Counted from the first letter of the whole stretch, positions 25,611-39,601 are shown. The stretch is 61,773 nt of DNA, filler included, from Choristocarpus tenellus KU-1152 (GCA_964200185.2; 9 parts of 9 records of this genome joined end to end with filler, not necessarily neighbours in it); one strand, 5' to 3'. A program made the numbers and translations. The notes: a model not told the origin generated them from the letters alone.

Positions 25611-26799
25611 ATTTTCTGTTGTAAGCTTGATCTTACGCAATGGCTGTTTTGGATGTGTATCCTTTGTGTTTGTTTTTGTATTTTCAGGAATTTGGTACAT
25701 GAAAGTTTTAAAATTTTGAATAGCCTTGTTTCGATCTATGTAAGTAAATATGCCCATCTAGATAATACTTGGACGTGTGAACTTTGTTACCTTGGAGTAG
25801 ATGGTGCTTTGTTCTTGATAGGAATATGTTGGTAAATACAATGAATTTAATCTACAAATGCTAGACTGCACACACTGTGCTCTTTATACTCCATCGAAGC
25901 ATGGGGTAACCTTTTTCAAACTGGTACGCTTTCTGTCTTGTACAACAGCATTCCAGCCCTTGCAATTGTACCTTGAGGGAACATGAATGCAGAGCAATGA
26001 TAATTCAAGTGGTGTATCGGATTGCAAACAATAATCGTTGATGGCGGAAGTAGCATACAAATATTCTTCAAGGACTTGCTTTTCTACTGATTTTTAGCAG
26101 ATACATTTTCTACATTTAAAAAATTTAATTTCAATTACTGTTCACAATCACAGACAGGGATGGAGAATATTATTGTTCAAGTCATCTTGTCAAACTTGCA
26201 TAGTATTAACAGCAAACTGTGAAATGAAATGATTTTTGGAAAGGAGTTAGATGTATATCGGGAACAAGCGATCAAAACCTATGCACTCTTTTTGATCCTT
26301 TTCTTCATATATGCACTAGTTGAATATCCAGCATGTATTCCACATTGAGCTAATTGATTTCATTTACCTTACAGCCTTCCCCTAAAAATCCCTCTTTTCT
26401 TGGGCACCATTCAGTCTGGCTTAAGAATACCTTGAATATCCTTGTTTTATGGTAAATGAATACATCGTCCTCACCCCTCCTTTTTTTTTCCTGTTTTAAT
26501 GTTTGTTTCTTACGTGCATGTTGTTGAACTGATAGGATGCTTTTGCCTTTCATTCTCTGATAGAATCTAAAAGATGTTATGTTTTAATGACTTGATTCAG
26601 ATCCAGACAGAATGATCCAAATTTCAATCATCCTCTGTGAACCTTACCTCTAACTCATTCCTGGGGCTTGTGTCTCAAATACAGTGGACAGCGGAGTGGA
26701 AATGGATATTGCTGTTTTTGATATCAGCTGTATGTAAGCGGAATGAGCAGCTACCCGAGATGCTGTTTTTTTGGGACTTGCAGGTGGAAAAAAGGAGCA

Positions 26800-29700
26800 G
26801 AAGTGGACAGGAGAAGAAGTGGTGGCCGTTTTTGCAAGATGATCTAACCCTTTAGCATCTGGGACCTGCCCTGGTTGTGGAGTAGCATGCATTGATAGAA
26901 AGTTGGCATAGGTGCAGGTGTGTGGTAGGTGGTGCCAAGTACCTGATGGAATTCCTGACACGGTAATGAAGCAGTATTGACTGCAGTCCAACATGGTCAG
27001 GTAGATGAGGTTGCATACATGCTCACTACTGCTGCTGAATGTTCTAATTGACTTGGTGCCTCAGATCCACAATATGAGACACATAATAACCTGTCCTGTT
27101 TTCACCAATCAAGGTGTGTGAGGATGGCACCCACCTTCAATGGGAAATGCATTGTGTGTTAGATGAGGGCATAGAATCTTGTTCCAGATGCCACTGCCTG
27201 GAGAAGAAGGTTAGCTTCCTCTGGTGAGCAAATCAAATAGAGCCTGTTGATAGTTCAAAGGTGAGGTGGGCAAATTTTAGTGTGTGCAAACCCCTTGATG
27301 ACAATTTGGATGAGGTATATCTGTGAGGGATTCCCTTGCAAGCAAAGATTGTTTCCTACAACTCAACATCTTGTCCCTAAACCCTCATGAGTCTCCTTAC
27401 TTTTGTGGTCCATACTGCTAGTTGCTCAAGCCTGTGTAGAGTACAGTGTACGGTAAGGAACCTAGCGGTGGGAGTACCATTTACCAGAGTACATTGTAGG
27501 ACCAAAAAAGGAGGGGCAGCTGATGATTGCCTGATTGACAACGGATCACTCCTCTTGTTCTTTCGCCTGTATTGTGGATTTTCAATGTATGGATTGCGCC
27601 AGTATGCAAGGCCTCTCTCTATTCAGCAGCCTTTATCGGCCCCCACATACTCAATACATAAACACATACATGATCACGCATTGCTATGACCCCTTCAAAA
27701 CAAAATTGAGATCCATCTCTTGTCAATGTCGGTACTACGGTGGTCATGTTGCAATGTGGACTGCATTCCTCAACAACGGCAGCATTCAGACAAGGATGAA
27801 TTCCTCTCTTCTTTGGGTTGGAGATTGTTGCTCCAAGCAGTGTTAGTTGCATTGTGTGATTCTAGTACCAACCACACTTGTATGAGATGTCTGACAGGTG
27901 CACATTAACACTATGATGGGGTCTACCCAAGGTGCTTCAGGTGACTCTACAGAACGAATTTGCTCGAGGTGAACCCTACTTCATTGGAAGCTGTTCTTGT
28001 CAAAGGGCAAGGATGTGATACTGCAACTGAGTGATTCATCCTAAACATTTAACTGAGTCTACTGTAATGGTAGGATTAAGATCCTGATTGCAGTTTGTCC
28101 CCAGTTACCCTTCCGACATAGCATCAAACCAAAACGTAGAGAGTGGACACCATTGCATTGTGTCTGGGTTTATTTTTGAATGGATGGGTCATGGCTCTGC
28201 TCTCCCCACTTCCAAATACCGACCTCTTTGTTTACAAGAGCCCAATAATGTGGTCACAATTATTTTACTTCCTGGATTTGGTGAGATCAGAGCTGTGTCC
28301 CATGTAATTGGCGAATGTACCCAGGGGCATGATCCAATGATGTCCACTTATGACATTATGGTTGGATGCTTGATAACGCCTTAGGAAACTGCTGACAAAC
28401 TGTGGTTCAGGATCCCAAGTCTACCATAATATATACAATATACTCAAATAAATATTTGGGGGGAAGAATCACTTCCAGCGAAGCAGGTTCCACCTTGATC
28501 GGTTACTTGTTCCTGTAGTATCAGCTGAATACTGAATCAACGTGTTAAAACAGTCATGGTGTTGTTGTCCACATGTGACCATCTCGAAGGGGACATTCTA
28601 GAGTGAGAGTAGGTTAGATGTGGCTGGTACTAGTATTACTCAGTCATGACGGACACGACTTGGAGCTACACTTTCCAACCCAAGTGTGGCAGGAAAGTGG
28701 CCTTGCCTGAATGCTGCTTTTGCTGCTGCTGTTGTTGAGAAACACAGTCCAAGTTGGCCATTGTAACATGGGCATCATGTACCACTAATAACATCAACAA
28801 GAGCACAACCCTAGTCAAGTGTATGAGGGTTCATTATGATGTGTGACTGATCAAATATTTGTGTTCATGGTGCGTATGTGGAAGTCAATCGAGGTCTGGG
28901 GATAGAAAGAGAGCTTCCATGGTGACACATTTCATACATTGAAAAGTGACAGTACTTGCGAAAGCACGAGAGGAGCGATGCTTAGTGAGTCTGCCAATGA
29001 TTGGCAGTCCCTTCTTGTTTACTCCTTCGCTGTACTCCAGTACCTGGTACTCTCGCTGCTAGATTCCCTATTGTAGACAATATGCAGTAGTTAGCTGCAG
29101 GGAGACTGTACACAGGCTTGAGGGACTATCACTGAGGGAAGAGAAACCAATGGAGCTTTTTTGAGGTACAGGGGTCAGATGTGGAGTTGTAGAGATTATA
29201 GTCTCACGGGTGAGGAAACCGATAACAGATGTTTGTAGTGCCACATCCTTTTTGTCATTGACAGGTTCGTACATACTACGATGTGCCCATCTCACCTTTA
29301 AACCATCAATAAGCTCTTCTTTGACCTGTCCACCAGATGGAGCAATCCTGCTCCTCCAAGCTGTGAGATCTGTTGCAAGAGTCTGCGCCTTTGCCTAAGA
29401 TGTCTTGTATGGTTCAGGGAAGGTGGGTGCGATCCTCATGCACATTGTTTGGTGAGTGCAGAACTGAGGTTTCCATCTGTCCTATGGTGTGGCCTTGAGG
29501 CACCAGTGAACGGAAAATAAACTTTTATCACAAATAGTATGCAGAAAGGCAATGAAAGGACTTGATGGAAGTCCCACTGTGCCATGACTGATCAAGTTGC
29601 GGTCGAGGCATGGACTGACGGAGTGAAAACTGGAGTAGTTGATGTCAAGCAACATTGGCTGAGAGTCGCATGCTGGGCACTTGGCTCGAACATCATCGCC

Positions 29701-30950
29701 CAGATGCATGAAACCCTGGAAGAGTTTGGTGATACCAAGTCTGTTGGAGAAATTTTGTGAGGTAAGGCATGGGGAACTTATGTGTGGGCATCAGGAATGC
29801 CTATTGATTCTATGGGTTCCAAGCGGATATCCGCATAGATGTGGAGCTCCATGATTTTTGCGCTCTCATATCCTCACCCCCCTGCTTGAGAATAGAGCAA
29901 TGAGCAGAGGGATGAACACCACTGGTGTTCTGATCGCCGTGTTCTCTATCTCCTTAGTATCAGATACTAGATTTTTCAGGACGTGACCATATAGTGGAGT
30001 CCACGTAAGATTGATGGGCTGGAGGTGTATGGTGATGGCCTTCCTTGGTGTCTCTATCTCAAGGGCTTTTGTGTGCATAGCAGAAACCAGTGATTGCATG
30101 TATTTTGGACCTAATGTGTGGTTGGACAATACAGTATGTGTGCAAACATCGATGGTGTAGTAACGCATCGGTGGGGGATATTGGTACATGAGGATCCACC
30201 AGTTTTATATGTAGATAGCTTGATGAGCTTGGCCCATCTCACACGGCTTGTACCTTAGAACAATGTGTGTATGATGGGCCGTTTACTGTGTATAACCAGA
30301 TTTTCACATACCAGTGGAGGAGAACACGAAGGAGAAAGGCGATGGGCATTAAGTATCGCTGAATTGATTGGGGATGTGTTTATGGTAAGACCTGTGAAAA
30401 TGGTAGCAATTTGCATGGAACTCAAAAAGATGAGGCAGGGTTAACTACACGGTTTGGAAGTCATAGAGAAGGTTGAGGAAGCCAAGAAGCTGACAGACTG
30501 TCGCTGAGCTGCCCTAATGGTGACCGCTGCAAATACTGCATGTGCTAATGCAGTAGGGGGATGAAGTGTCATCAGACATGTATTGTGGAACTTTTCTTGT
30601 GGTATAGTGCATTGCTCACACAATGCTCTCTTTCGTACCCCTCCATCCATCTGGTTGGTTCAACCCAGGCTTTTCTCTATCTTGGAAGATAATGTTTGCC
30701 ATTGTATCTCATTATGCATCATTGAAGTTGTATGTTTGAGTATGTGTGTGCTTGTATATTCATGTGTGTGTATGTGTTTGGGGCTTGGGGGGGGGTATTG
30801 AGGGATGAGTTGCAATGTCGTGTGAGTGGCGTTGTATCTATAACTACTCTCAACTTGCCCTCAGCATAAAAGATTGAGAGTAGTGGTAGATACCAGTTGA
30901 GCCTTGATGCGACCATATTGCATCTGCTGATGGCTTGCATGTCATCCTCC
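26800..30950 (-). pseudogene. Highly decayed coding relic, possibly DUF6729-like / Cys-cluster DNA-transposon protein(s)
   Basis: Broken minus-strand frames with CSPHC..TLTRDG..VIAMRD..YVLS..SDPLSIRQ (27.5-27.8 kb), KCPACDSQP, FIAFLHTICDKSLF, SSLSDSP and GVNKKGLP (29.0-29.7 kb). Motif resemblance only. Confidence 0.25.
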
Positions 30951-30975
30951 TGGATGTCGATTTTTTTGGAAGTAA

Positions 30976-31023
30976 CAGCCTCTCAGCAAAATTGAGGATG
31001 GAGCATACCATGGAGGATGAGTT
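30976..31023 (+). mobile_element. Palindromic MITE family C, left end
   Basis: CAGCC...AAAATTGAGGATGGAGCATAC.ATGGAGGATG, shared with 42288 and, inverted, with 36668-36789. Confidence 0.7.
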
Positions 31024-31250
31024 NNNNNNNNNNNNNNNNNNNNNNNNNNNNNNNNNNNNNNNNNNNNTTAATTAATTAANNNNNNNNNNNNNNNNNNNNN
31101 NNNNNNNNNNNNNNNNNNNNNNNCGGGGTCTTCTCTTCTCTTTTTTTTTATTTTTTTTTCCCCCCCCCCCCCCCCCCCCCCTCCTCCTCCTCCTCCTCCC
31201 TACCTTCTTGTGTTTCCCTGAGAAAGGTAAGATCGCGTCTCAATGGCCAG

Positions 31251-33630
31251 ATTTTAGAGCTGATGGAGGCGGATTTGTTGGAGTCTCTCCCTAGGTACTG
31301 CCTTCCGGGGCCCATCGCCTTCCTCGACCATGAGAAACAGGTATGGTGAGAAAAGGAGGCAAAGAGGAGGTGTGGGGTGGTATTAGATAATATTGTGAGA
31401 GCAACTATTTACTTGAAGTCATGGAGAAAGGATGCAGGATGGTAAAAATGAATGATATTTTGATAGTTGATGTTATAACTTAGTATATAAAAAAAACGAC
31501 GGCGTGGCAATATTTTATTGTGGAAGTTGTTGGTACTGATGTTGGTACCGATGTTGGTACCGATGTTGGTACTGATGTTGGTACTGATGTTGGTACTGAT
31601 GTTGGTACTGATGTTGGTACCGATATTGGTACTGATGTTGGTACCGATGTTGGTACCGATGTTGGTACCGATGTTGGTACTGATGTTGGTACTAATGTTG
31701 GTACTAATGTTGGTACTGATGTTGGTACTTGGTCGGACTGCAGTACTGCACTGTTCTGTACCACTTGAGGCACGCTTCTGTTGGAAGAGTAAGCGGCGCA
31801 GTTTGTAAGCATAAAACTTGGAGGAAGTTTATCATTGGGAAGTACGGTAATATTGATATTGTTGATCTTGTATGGGCAGAACAATTGACTTAGTGGTACA
31901 GTGGCGTCTCGACATTTTGGTAAGAGTCTAGGAGGAAAATATATCCCCTCCTGGACTGGGTAGCCCTGTGTCGAGTAGCTTAGATGATGCACCCCTGAGT
32001 GTACAGTCTCTAGGTGTCTGACTGGTGTTGTTGTTGAATGGTTTGCTGCGTGCGTATGCCTCGCTCATTGTGCGTATGCCTCGCTCATCGTGCGTATGCC
32101 TCGCTCATCGTGCGTTTTGTTGAATCTATGATGTTCCAGTTGTGTGTGTTTGCATGCATATATTTTTTCATAACTACATATATGTATATTGTATGTGTAT
32201 GTATATTATATATACGTGTATTATATATACATACTTATTTTTTCTCTCATATGACGGTTACAGCCATTACATCCACGTCTTTTGCCTCCGTAAGTAAAAG
32301 TCGAAGTAGCCATACTCGTAACATTTTTTTGTTTGTTTTTTCTTCTTTTTTTTTAAAATTGGTGATATATCCTCACCCCTCTCTTCAACTTTGCATGCCA
32401 CTGCATTCCTACACTGGCTCCGATCCTCTTGGCTACTACTGTTGTGACAACGATATATATATATATATATATGTATATATGTAAATATGTATTTTTTTTG
32501 TGATTCTTCTTTTTATGTTTATTTTTTATGAAGGCCTCGACTTTCTCACTATGATCGCAGGCAGCGGAAGGTCCTCTACCCCCCCACCAGGCAGGTAATA
32601 CCCTTCATCACTTCCTCATCACTGCGCCACGCAAGCACAAGGTCCCCTCCACCAGCCGGAGCCCCAACTCAGGTGGCTTGACCAACGGCAACAGCGGGTG
32701 GAACAGCACCTTTGGCGTAGGTGTTGCCGGGGGAGCCGGCCCCCGGGGGGGGGGGCGAATGACCCCACCAATCTCGGGAGGAGATTCTAAAAGGGGGAAG
32801 GCGGTGTTGCCGATCGCCGTGGACCAACAGGCTAATCTCGTGCTCTACGGAGCCTGTTTCACGCAGTGGGTACGAGCTCCGCCCCAGGATCCTCTCCCCG
32901 TGGAGCAAGGGGGTCATCCGTCTCCAGGGGGCCACGTGCTGCCTCCGGCGAGGTACTCTTCCCTTAAGCAGCTGTTTCCTGCCGTGCGTCCGCCCGCCGC
33001 GACGCACGATTCACCGGCGGCTCCTCGGCGGCAGAGTCACCAGCCGTCGAAGAGCCCCAGTAGGGCGGGCAAGCTGTCGTCAATGTCGTCTTTGGGGTCG
33101 TCGGAAGCCCTCTCTTCTGGGGGTGGGCGTGTGGCGGGTGAGGAGGACGTTGAGGTTTTCCTACCCAAGTGTGTTTGTGTGTTGTCGCTGGACCCGCTGT
33201 TTGACACGCTCCGGGCGGTTGCGCTGGCGCGGGCGGGGTTTCCGGAGGCTGGGAGGGCGATCCCTGTTTTGTCCCCCGGTGGCAGGGGCGGCGGGGGCGG
33301 GGGCGGGGGCCGGGGCAGGGGCAGGGGAGATGCTGGATTGGGAGGGGGGGTGCAAGGGGGTGAGTCGTTGAGTGAGGGGAAGGAGTGGGGCTTGGGGGAC
33401 ATAGCAACGTTGCGTGCTCCTCCGCCTCGGACGGGGGTGTTCCTGCCTTCGGCTTTGAGGTTACTGCAGGTGATGGGTGTGCCGCAAGGGTGTGAAGGGG
33501 GGTTGGGTGGGTGGTCCTTTCGATCTGTGGATCCTCTTCCGCTGCTGGACTTCTCTGTGGAGCCTCTGTTTCAGGTTAGTTTTTTCTTCTTCTTCTTACT
33601 TGTTAATTATTTTGTTTTATTTTGTTCTTT

Positions 33631-33668
<38 letters not shown>

Positions 33669-35432
33669 GAGGTTTGTATGATGTTGTGGGAGGGCGAATT
33701 GTTACTGTTTGTTGTTTTTGTATATTGACAGTAGTGATACTCCCTAGTTTGTGTGTTTAAAAGCACGGTAGTATTGTTATTTTTTATTTGTTTTGTTATT
33801 TGTTATTTGTTATTTATTATTTGTTGTATGTTATTTGTTATTTATGTTTGGGTTAGTAGACTGGATATGAAATTAATTGGACGACCGCGGATTCTCCTAA
33901 GAAAATGGAAATTGTTGCCAACTATGAAGGAGTTGGTTAGTTGATATGGAGGTGAAGTGTTTATCTCTGGTGGTGTGTGCTAAGCATGACACTCTGTGGC
34001 CAGGTTCTTTCGCTCTGTGGCCATGTTCTGTCACTCTGTGGTCATGTTCTGTTTCTCTGTAGCCATGTTCTGTTTCTCTGTAGCCATGTTCTGTCACTCG
34101 ATGGCCATGTTCTGTTACTCTGATACAAGTCTCTGGACTAGGTGTGATTCTGTTATTTGCATTGCTCAGTGAGTGTGGAGTTATTGATACATTTGATACG
34201 TTTGATACGTTTGATACATTTGATACGTTTGATACGTTTGATACGTTTGATACATTTGATAAGTTTGATTGAGAAGCAGGAAAGGTGACCCCCAAGGGAA
34301 GAGAACCTGTGGTATGGTGAGGATTCCCAGTTAAGAAGGGATTGGTTTGGAGGTATTTTTTTAAGCTCAGCTCTGATTCTGACCTCTCTGTTCTTGAAAG
34401 AAGGATTCACGTTGGTAGTAAGCGAGACAAGAAACGTTGATGTGATGTATTGTGATATTTTAAGACAGAAAAGGACTCTTTGGATTTTCGGAAGTATGGG
34501 CACTTTGTGGGTGGACAAAGAATGCAATTCTTGGGAAGGGAAGGGAAGGGAAGGGAAGGATTAGATTGGATTGTTGGGTTGATGGTTTATGAGTTTTTGT
34601 AGTCAATGTCGTGTAATAAGGTCCAAAGTTTCTTTTTGGTCTACTTGAGTGAGTGATGAGTAGGGAACGGGGAAAAGGTACTAGTATACCTCTTGCATGT
34701 ACAATGACATACACTTTGCTTTGAATTGGCAGGCGGGAACTGTTTGGGTTTTGCTGGGCTATATTGGCAGGAAAAAAAATTACGCCTAGGAGGAGCTACC
34801 ATGACCTAACCATGACTTAATCAGCTCGATATTGATAGCAATATTGTCAACAAGCAAACAGCTCAGCCCTTTGTTTGCACCTACTGCGAAGTGCGTATAT
34901 ATGTGTGTTTGTGTGTGTGTTGTTTTCTTTTTCTTCAATTTTATCCACTAGATTTTGTTCTCATTGAGAGGTAAAAAAGGAAATTATGGTTTTATTTTTA
35001 TTTTTGGAATTAATTTTTTACCATTGCTGAAAAAGGTTGTATTTTCTCTTTTCTTTTTTTTCATTGATTGATGAGAGGATCGTTCCCGACTATAATAGAA
35101 ATAACATGAAAAACATTAAAAAAAAATGGACTGATTGTGACACCGAGCGTACAAACGCCTCTTGAGTGATGTTGCTGCCGTGTTCATTTGGTGCTATTTG
35201 AACTATGCCAACATCTTCTAGTAACCCGGGCACGACTGTCTCAGGATGTGATATAATGGGACATCAATTGGACATGACTGGATGTGTAAGAACAGTATAT
35301 TGCAGTACATTTTTGGAACATTTTTTGGTCAAAATGCTACTCTTTTTTTTCCGTATTTTTCTGTAGTTCTGTTTTTGAATGGTTTGTACAGTTTTTTTTG
35401 TGCCCTTCCCCCCCNNNNNNNNNNTTTTTTTT

Positions 35433-35463
<31 letters not shown>

Positions 35464-36558
35464 GGTGTTTTATTTTTTTTTTTTGCCCCCCCCCCCCCCC
35501 CCCCCCGACATTTGTTAGGAACATTTTTTTTCTTAATTTATCTCTCTCTTACACACTTTTTAACGAAATATGAATGCGTATAGAAATATGAATTCAAGAA
35601 CACAGTGCGATTTTTTCTCAGGCTGTGTATTTATTTATTTTTCCTTAATTTGTGTTCTGATTATGTCATTTGGCATGATGGAGCATGTAGTTGTACCTGG
35701 AAGTAATGGTTTTCATATCGGACTCGATCCGATTTTTTAATTTTTTTAGGTTTATGTGAATATATATATACACCTGTAGTAGGGTTAAGTAACGCCAGCC
35801 ACACTTGTGGCAAAAACCGATGAATGCCTTATTTTTATTTTTTTCGGATACCTTTGACTAGATTGCTCTACGGTGAAATCTACAAAGAAAAAAGTGTATG
35901 TTTGGTCTTGAACAACAAGGTGGGTATGGTAACCGCCATTGTAAGCATGTGTAGGTAGGTAGGTAGGTAGTTACCTTTTTTGGCAGTTTCCAATCACAAA
36001 TCAGATCATAAATCAGATGACAAATCAGATCACGACTCGATCACGGTCACGTGCAGTTTGAGAAGAAAAACGCCTCTATCAATATACCATTGTATGCATT
36101 GAGCAACAATAAACCGTTGATAGGATGTGACAATATCCACTATACGTGTTGGCTACAATCTCTACTCACGGCATCATACCCCCCCCCCCCTTCCGTTCCA
36201 TGTTTTATTTAGTCGATGGTGGAAAAAGGAGTTCTCAAGATTTTTATTTTTTTTTCCAAGGTTTTTCAGCAGTGATCGTTCTCGATTGTTCTCTCTCACT
36301 CACACATACTAGCGTCTTTGTGTGTACGTGTCTTACGCCTGTGTCTGTGTCTGTGTCTGTGTCTGTGTCTGTGTCTGCGCACAGACTCTGAGTTCAGACA
36401 ACATCCTGATGGCCCTGTCGGCATTGATGTGTGAAAGGCCTGTGGTGGTCACATGTAGTGTTCGCAGTCTCTTAGGCATCGCCTGCGAAGCTCTGCGCTC
36501 ACTCCTTCACCCTCTCTGCTGGAATCACCCCTACGTGCCTCTCCTGCCTGCCACGGAG
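31251..36558 (+). CDS. DENN-domain protein (putative Rab GDP/GTP exchange factor), internal exons only
   Basis: Phase-0 exons 31251-31340 (LESLPRYCLPG, uDENN), 32561-33574 (HHFLIT, LYGACF, FLPKCVCVLSLDPLFDTLR, LPLLDFSVEPLFQ) and 36385-36558 (LSSDNILMALSALMCERPVVV..CEALRSLLHPLCWNHPYVPLLP, cDENN core). Confidence 0.88.
31528..31730. repeat. 12-bp minisatellite (GTTGGTACYGAT) x ~17, intronic
   Basis: Direct inspection; accounts for the GTDV, PTSV and LVLM repeat ORFs. Confidence 0.95.
33990..34122. repeat. 21-bp minisatellite x ~6, intronic
   Basis: ccatgttctgt(c/t)(a/t)ctctgt(g/a)g units. Confidence 0.85.
34184..34270. repeat. 9-bp tandem repeat (TTTGATACR) x ~9, intronic
   Basis: Direct inspection. 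Confidence 0.92.
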
Positions 36559-36667
36559 GTTCTTTTTNNNNNNNNNNNNNNNNNNNNNNNNNNNNNNNNN
36601 NNNNNNNNNNNTTAATTAATTAANNNNNNNNNNNNNNNNNNNNNNNNNNNNNNNNNNNNNNNNNNNN

Positions 36668-36789
36668 ATTGAGGATGGGCTTGACCCAAAATTGACTGGG
36701 AGAAAGTATCGATATGTTTTTTTTTTGCCTATTTTGGGTCAAGCCCATCCTCAATGAAAAGCTCCATCCTCAATTTTTGAAATCGGCTG
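36668..36789. mobile_element. Palindromic MITE family C, centre and right arm
   Basis: attgaggatgggcttgacccaaaat ... attttgggtcaagcccatcctcaat is a perfect 25-bp inverted repeat; the element ends ATCGGCTG, the complement of CAGCCGAT at 42288. Confidence 0.8.
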
Positions 36790-39423
36790 TTCACTGTTAG
36801 TGCAGTTGGATTAGACCCATCAATGCCAGTGTCACCTACTACTACTGCTGCTGTAAGGATCGTGTGGAACACATTGCGCCCCACATTCTCCTTGGTATGT
36901 AGTTTGACCACCTCCTGCACTGCTGCCTTGACACTCACTCCTATCAAGTAATCATCCAATGGGGGGAATACGATAAATGCCAGATACACGTTCTTACTCC
37001 AAGTCAAACGCTATTGCCGTCAACGATCACTCAACAACAACAGTGATCTCTTGGAGACACTTGTGTAGAACTCCAATCTTCTCGCACAGATTAGGTGAAC
37101 AAGTCTTCAAAGAAAGTATTTAACAAAGTTGTAACAGTTGTGGTGACGTGTCTTCCTTGTCATCTCTAAATTTCGTGATAGTTCAACCCACGATTAATGC
37201 AATATGATATCAATCTTGCCCACCCCATCATGACTCAGGACTACACAATTATATCCAATGATGTTTTGATGAATAAAATTAATAATTAATCTATACTTTC
37301 CCAACATAGAACCTGTCGTAGAAGTAGAAGTAGGTTTCTGTTTTGACCAGTTGTGTATACTCGTAATGTCCCATATTTGTAGATCATAAGGTTACATTAC
37401 TCATAGCTCGCTTTTGGCTGGAGACTTTTCGTTCTCTTCTCGTCCTTGCCCGGGTCTCGGGCAGAGCTATGCACTTGAATGTTATCCTCAGTGTTCTTGG
37501 ACAACTAGTGGCTGTACCGTGTGCACTACTCTTGCTCCCAAACTGGGATCATCCGTCTCCTCCAGTTGGTGCTAGTGGTTCCTCTCTCAGCAACCCAGAC
37601 GGCGTGGAAGACACTTTGGCACCGAGGTCCGTCAAAGCGTGCCCGGAAATAGCAAGGCAAGGGATCTTACCACCGTCTTATCGCCATAAACTCCCCATAT
37701 ATTTCCAGTTATATCTTCGCCTTCACTGTTGCTGATGGGTGGGTAGGTGGAACAGGAAAGGCATTACGATGCTCACCCTCTACTCCCTCCATGCATTCCT
37801 GACCACGGATGTGGTTAATCACGCTTGTATGTTGCCAACGGTTACCAAATTTCAGTCCTAGCCTAGCGGCCGCCCCTCTGGTGGGGATACCTACCGCTGG
37901 TCGAGAAAAAGGAAGGAAAGCCTGGGATGATATTGTGGGAGATAGGGATGCACTTTGTGCTCAGGTGCAGGCGGGTGTGGATCATCTTAAGAAGGGCTGG
38001 GATGGTGCCGTTGCGGGAGTCAAGGAGACGTTTATTGGTATCGCTCACCCATTGCAGGTATGTGAAAGGATGCATCTGAGCTATTTCCCAACTAGTTCAT
38101 GTATGATGGTTTGGGCTGCCGCTGAGTGTCATAATATAGTTAGTTCTATCTTAAGAACCTCCCTGCAGTTAATTGCTATGCCCTTAGCCAGCAAAAATTT
38201 TATGCTACGACCCAATAGCCTGCTCGGCAGGCTACAAATGGGCTTCTGGTGCTTCCCCCTCCGTCTTGACTCGTGACCAACAGACTCAGACGCCGAGTAT
38301 GCCATACCATTCAATATATTCACTTGGACAATAGAGGTTGGCTCAGCTCCTCCAAAATATTGGTCAACGCCCCTCCTAGTCTACCCTTCAATATATTAAT
38401 TTCTTCAGTGGTTCTCCGCGAGGGGTGTTCCTTACACTGGCTCCTCCTCGCATATATTCCATGTTTTATACCACACTGATTAGGTTTGTGAGGTGATGCT
38501 GTGTTGGAGAATTTTGGATATAAAGCTACAAATTGCATGGTATGTATCATTGATATAGATACGGTGAGACCATTTATGTTGTGCTCTGGAAGCATCCTCT
38601 ACTCCGTGACAGTAGACACTTGAATCCCCATAATAAAGGAATGGCAAGTGGCTGGTGAGAACAGACGGAATCCCATAATTGATTACATTCTAACTGGAGA
38701 GCTGCACATGCTTGAATTGATGCAGGGCACAGGGGGGCACAAGTGAATTCAAAACCAGAGTTTATTTTTATTTTGGTCTTTTTAAGAATGTCTTATATAT
38801 ACTACGCCAGTCTTGAATCCACTCATTTGCGCACCACAGCCTGATGTGTTGGGAGCACGTACAAGGCTGCTCAAACCAGCAAAGCTCATGAGGTTAGAAA
38901 GTGTGCAAGAAAACGGTCTCTGAGCACTCATGTCCTAGTGCTGAACATTGCTGTATCATCTATCCATTGTTATCGATGGCAGTGAATGTCGCGGACAGCT
39001 CTGTACTTGGGGACAACTTCCAAGCGTGTTCACAAACATCAGCAAGTATTTTGCTGGTGGGTTTTGAATCTCAAGTCGATGCAGACGTACGCAAAGTTTG
39101 TGCTTGAGACCGACTCATTAATCAAGAAACAACACTACTTCCAATAGTTTCGTCGATTCATCGCCGCCGGTGGGCTTTTTATTGTGCAATGCTTAAAATC
39201 GCATACAGATAAGAGATGGGTAGGTGTTACAAAGTGTGCTCTTTTTTTTTTTTTCAAAATTGCATGTTTTTTTTTATTGAGAGAAATCGTTTTTAACAGG
39301 CGGACCTTTTTTAAAAAAAAATTNNNNNNNNNNNNNNNNNNNNNNNNNNNNNNNNNNNNNNNNNNNNTTAATTAATTAANNNNNNNNNNNNNNNNNNNNN
39401 NNNNNNNNNNNNNNNNNNNNNNN

Positions 39424-39601
39424 GGGGGGGGGGGGAGTCGTGCGGCTGTCCATTTGGGGTCAATTTTTTCATGTCGCGATTTTTTTGTGATTTGGTTGCA
39501 TGTGTCAGAAGGATAATGTAAATGTACTTTTCTTGGTTATGTCCCCAATGGACACCCTGGTGTACCCCCCCCCCCCCCCCCCCCCCGAGATACTTTGGGT
39601 C
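39424..39601 (-). mobile_element. MITE family B copy
   Basis: Reverse-complement homologue of 41820-41990; ends AGATACTTTGGGTC. Confidence 0.85.

Noticed and set aside
31480-31992. PTSV-repeat mucin/adhesin-like ORF (and GTDV/LVLM frames)
   Set aside because: Open frames arise from a stop-free 12-bp minisatellite inside a DENN intron; no signal peptide or splice support.
32669-33407. Several minus-strand Pro/Arg-rich ORFs
   Set aside because: Antisense to the GC-rich DENN exon.
33897-34527. ORFs with SNV, TEHGHRV and IKR repeats
   Set aside because: Translations of intronic 9-bp and 21-bp tandem repeats.
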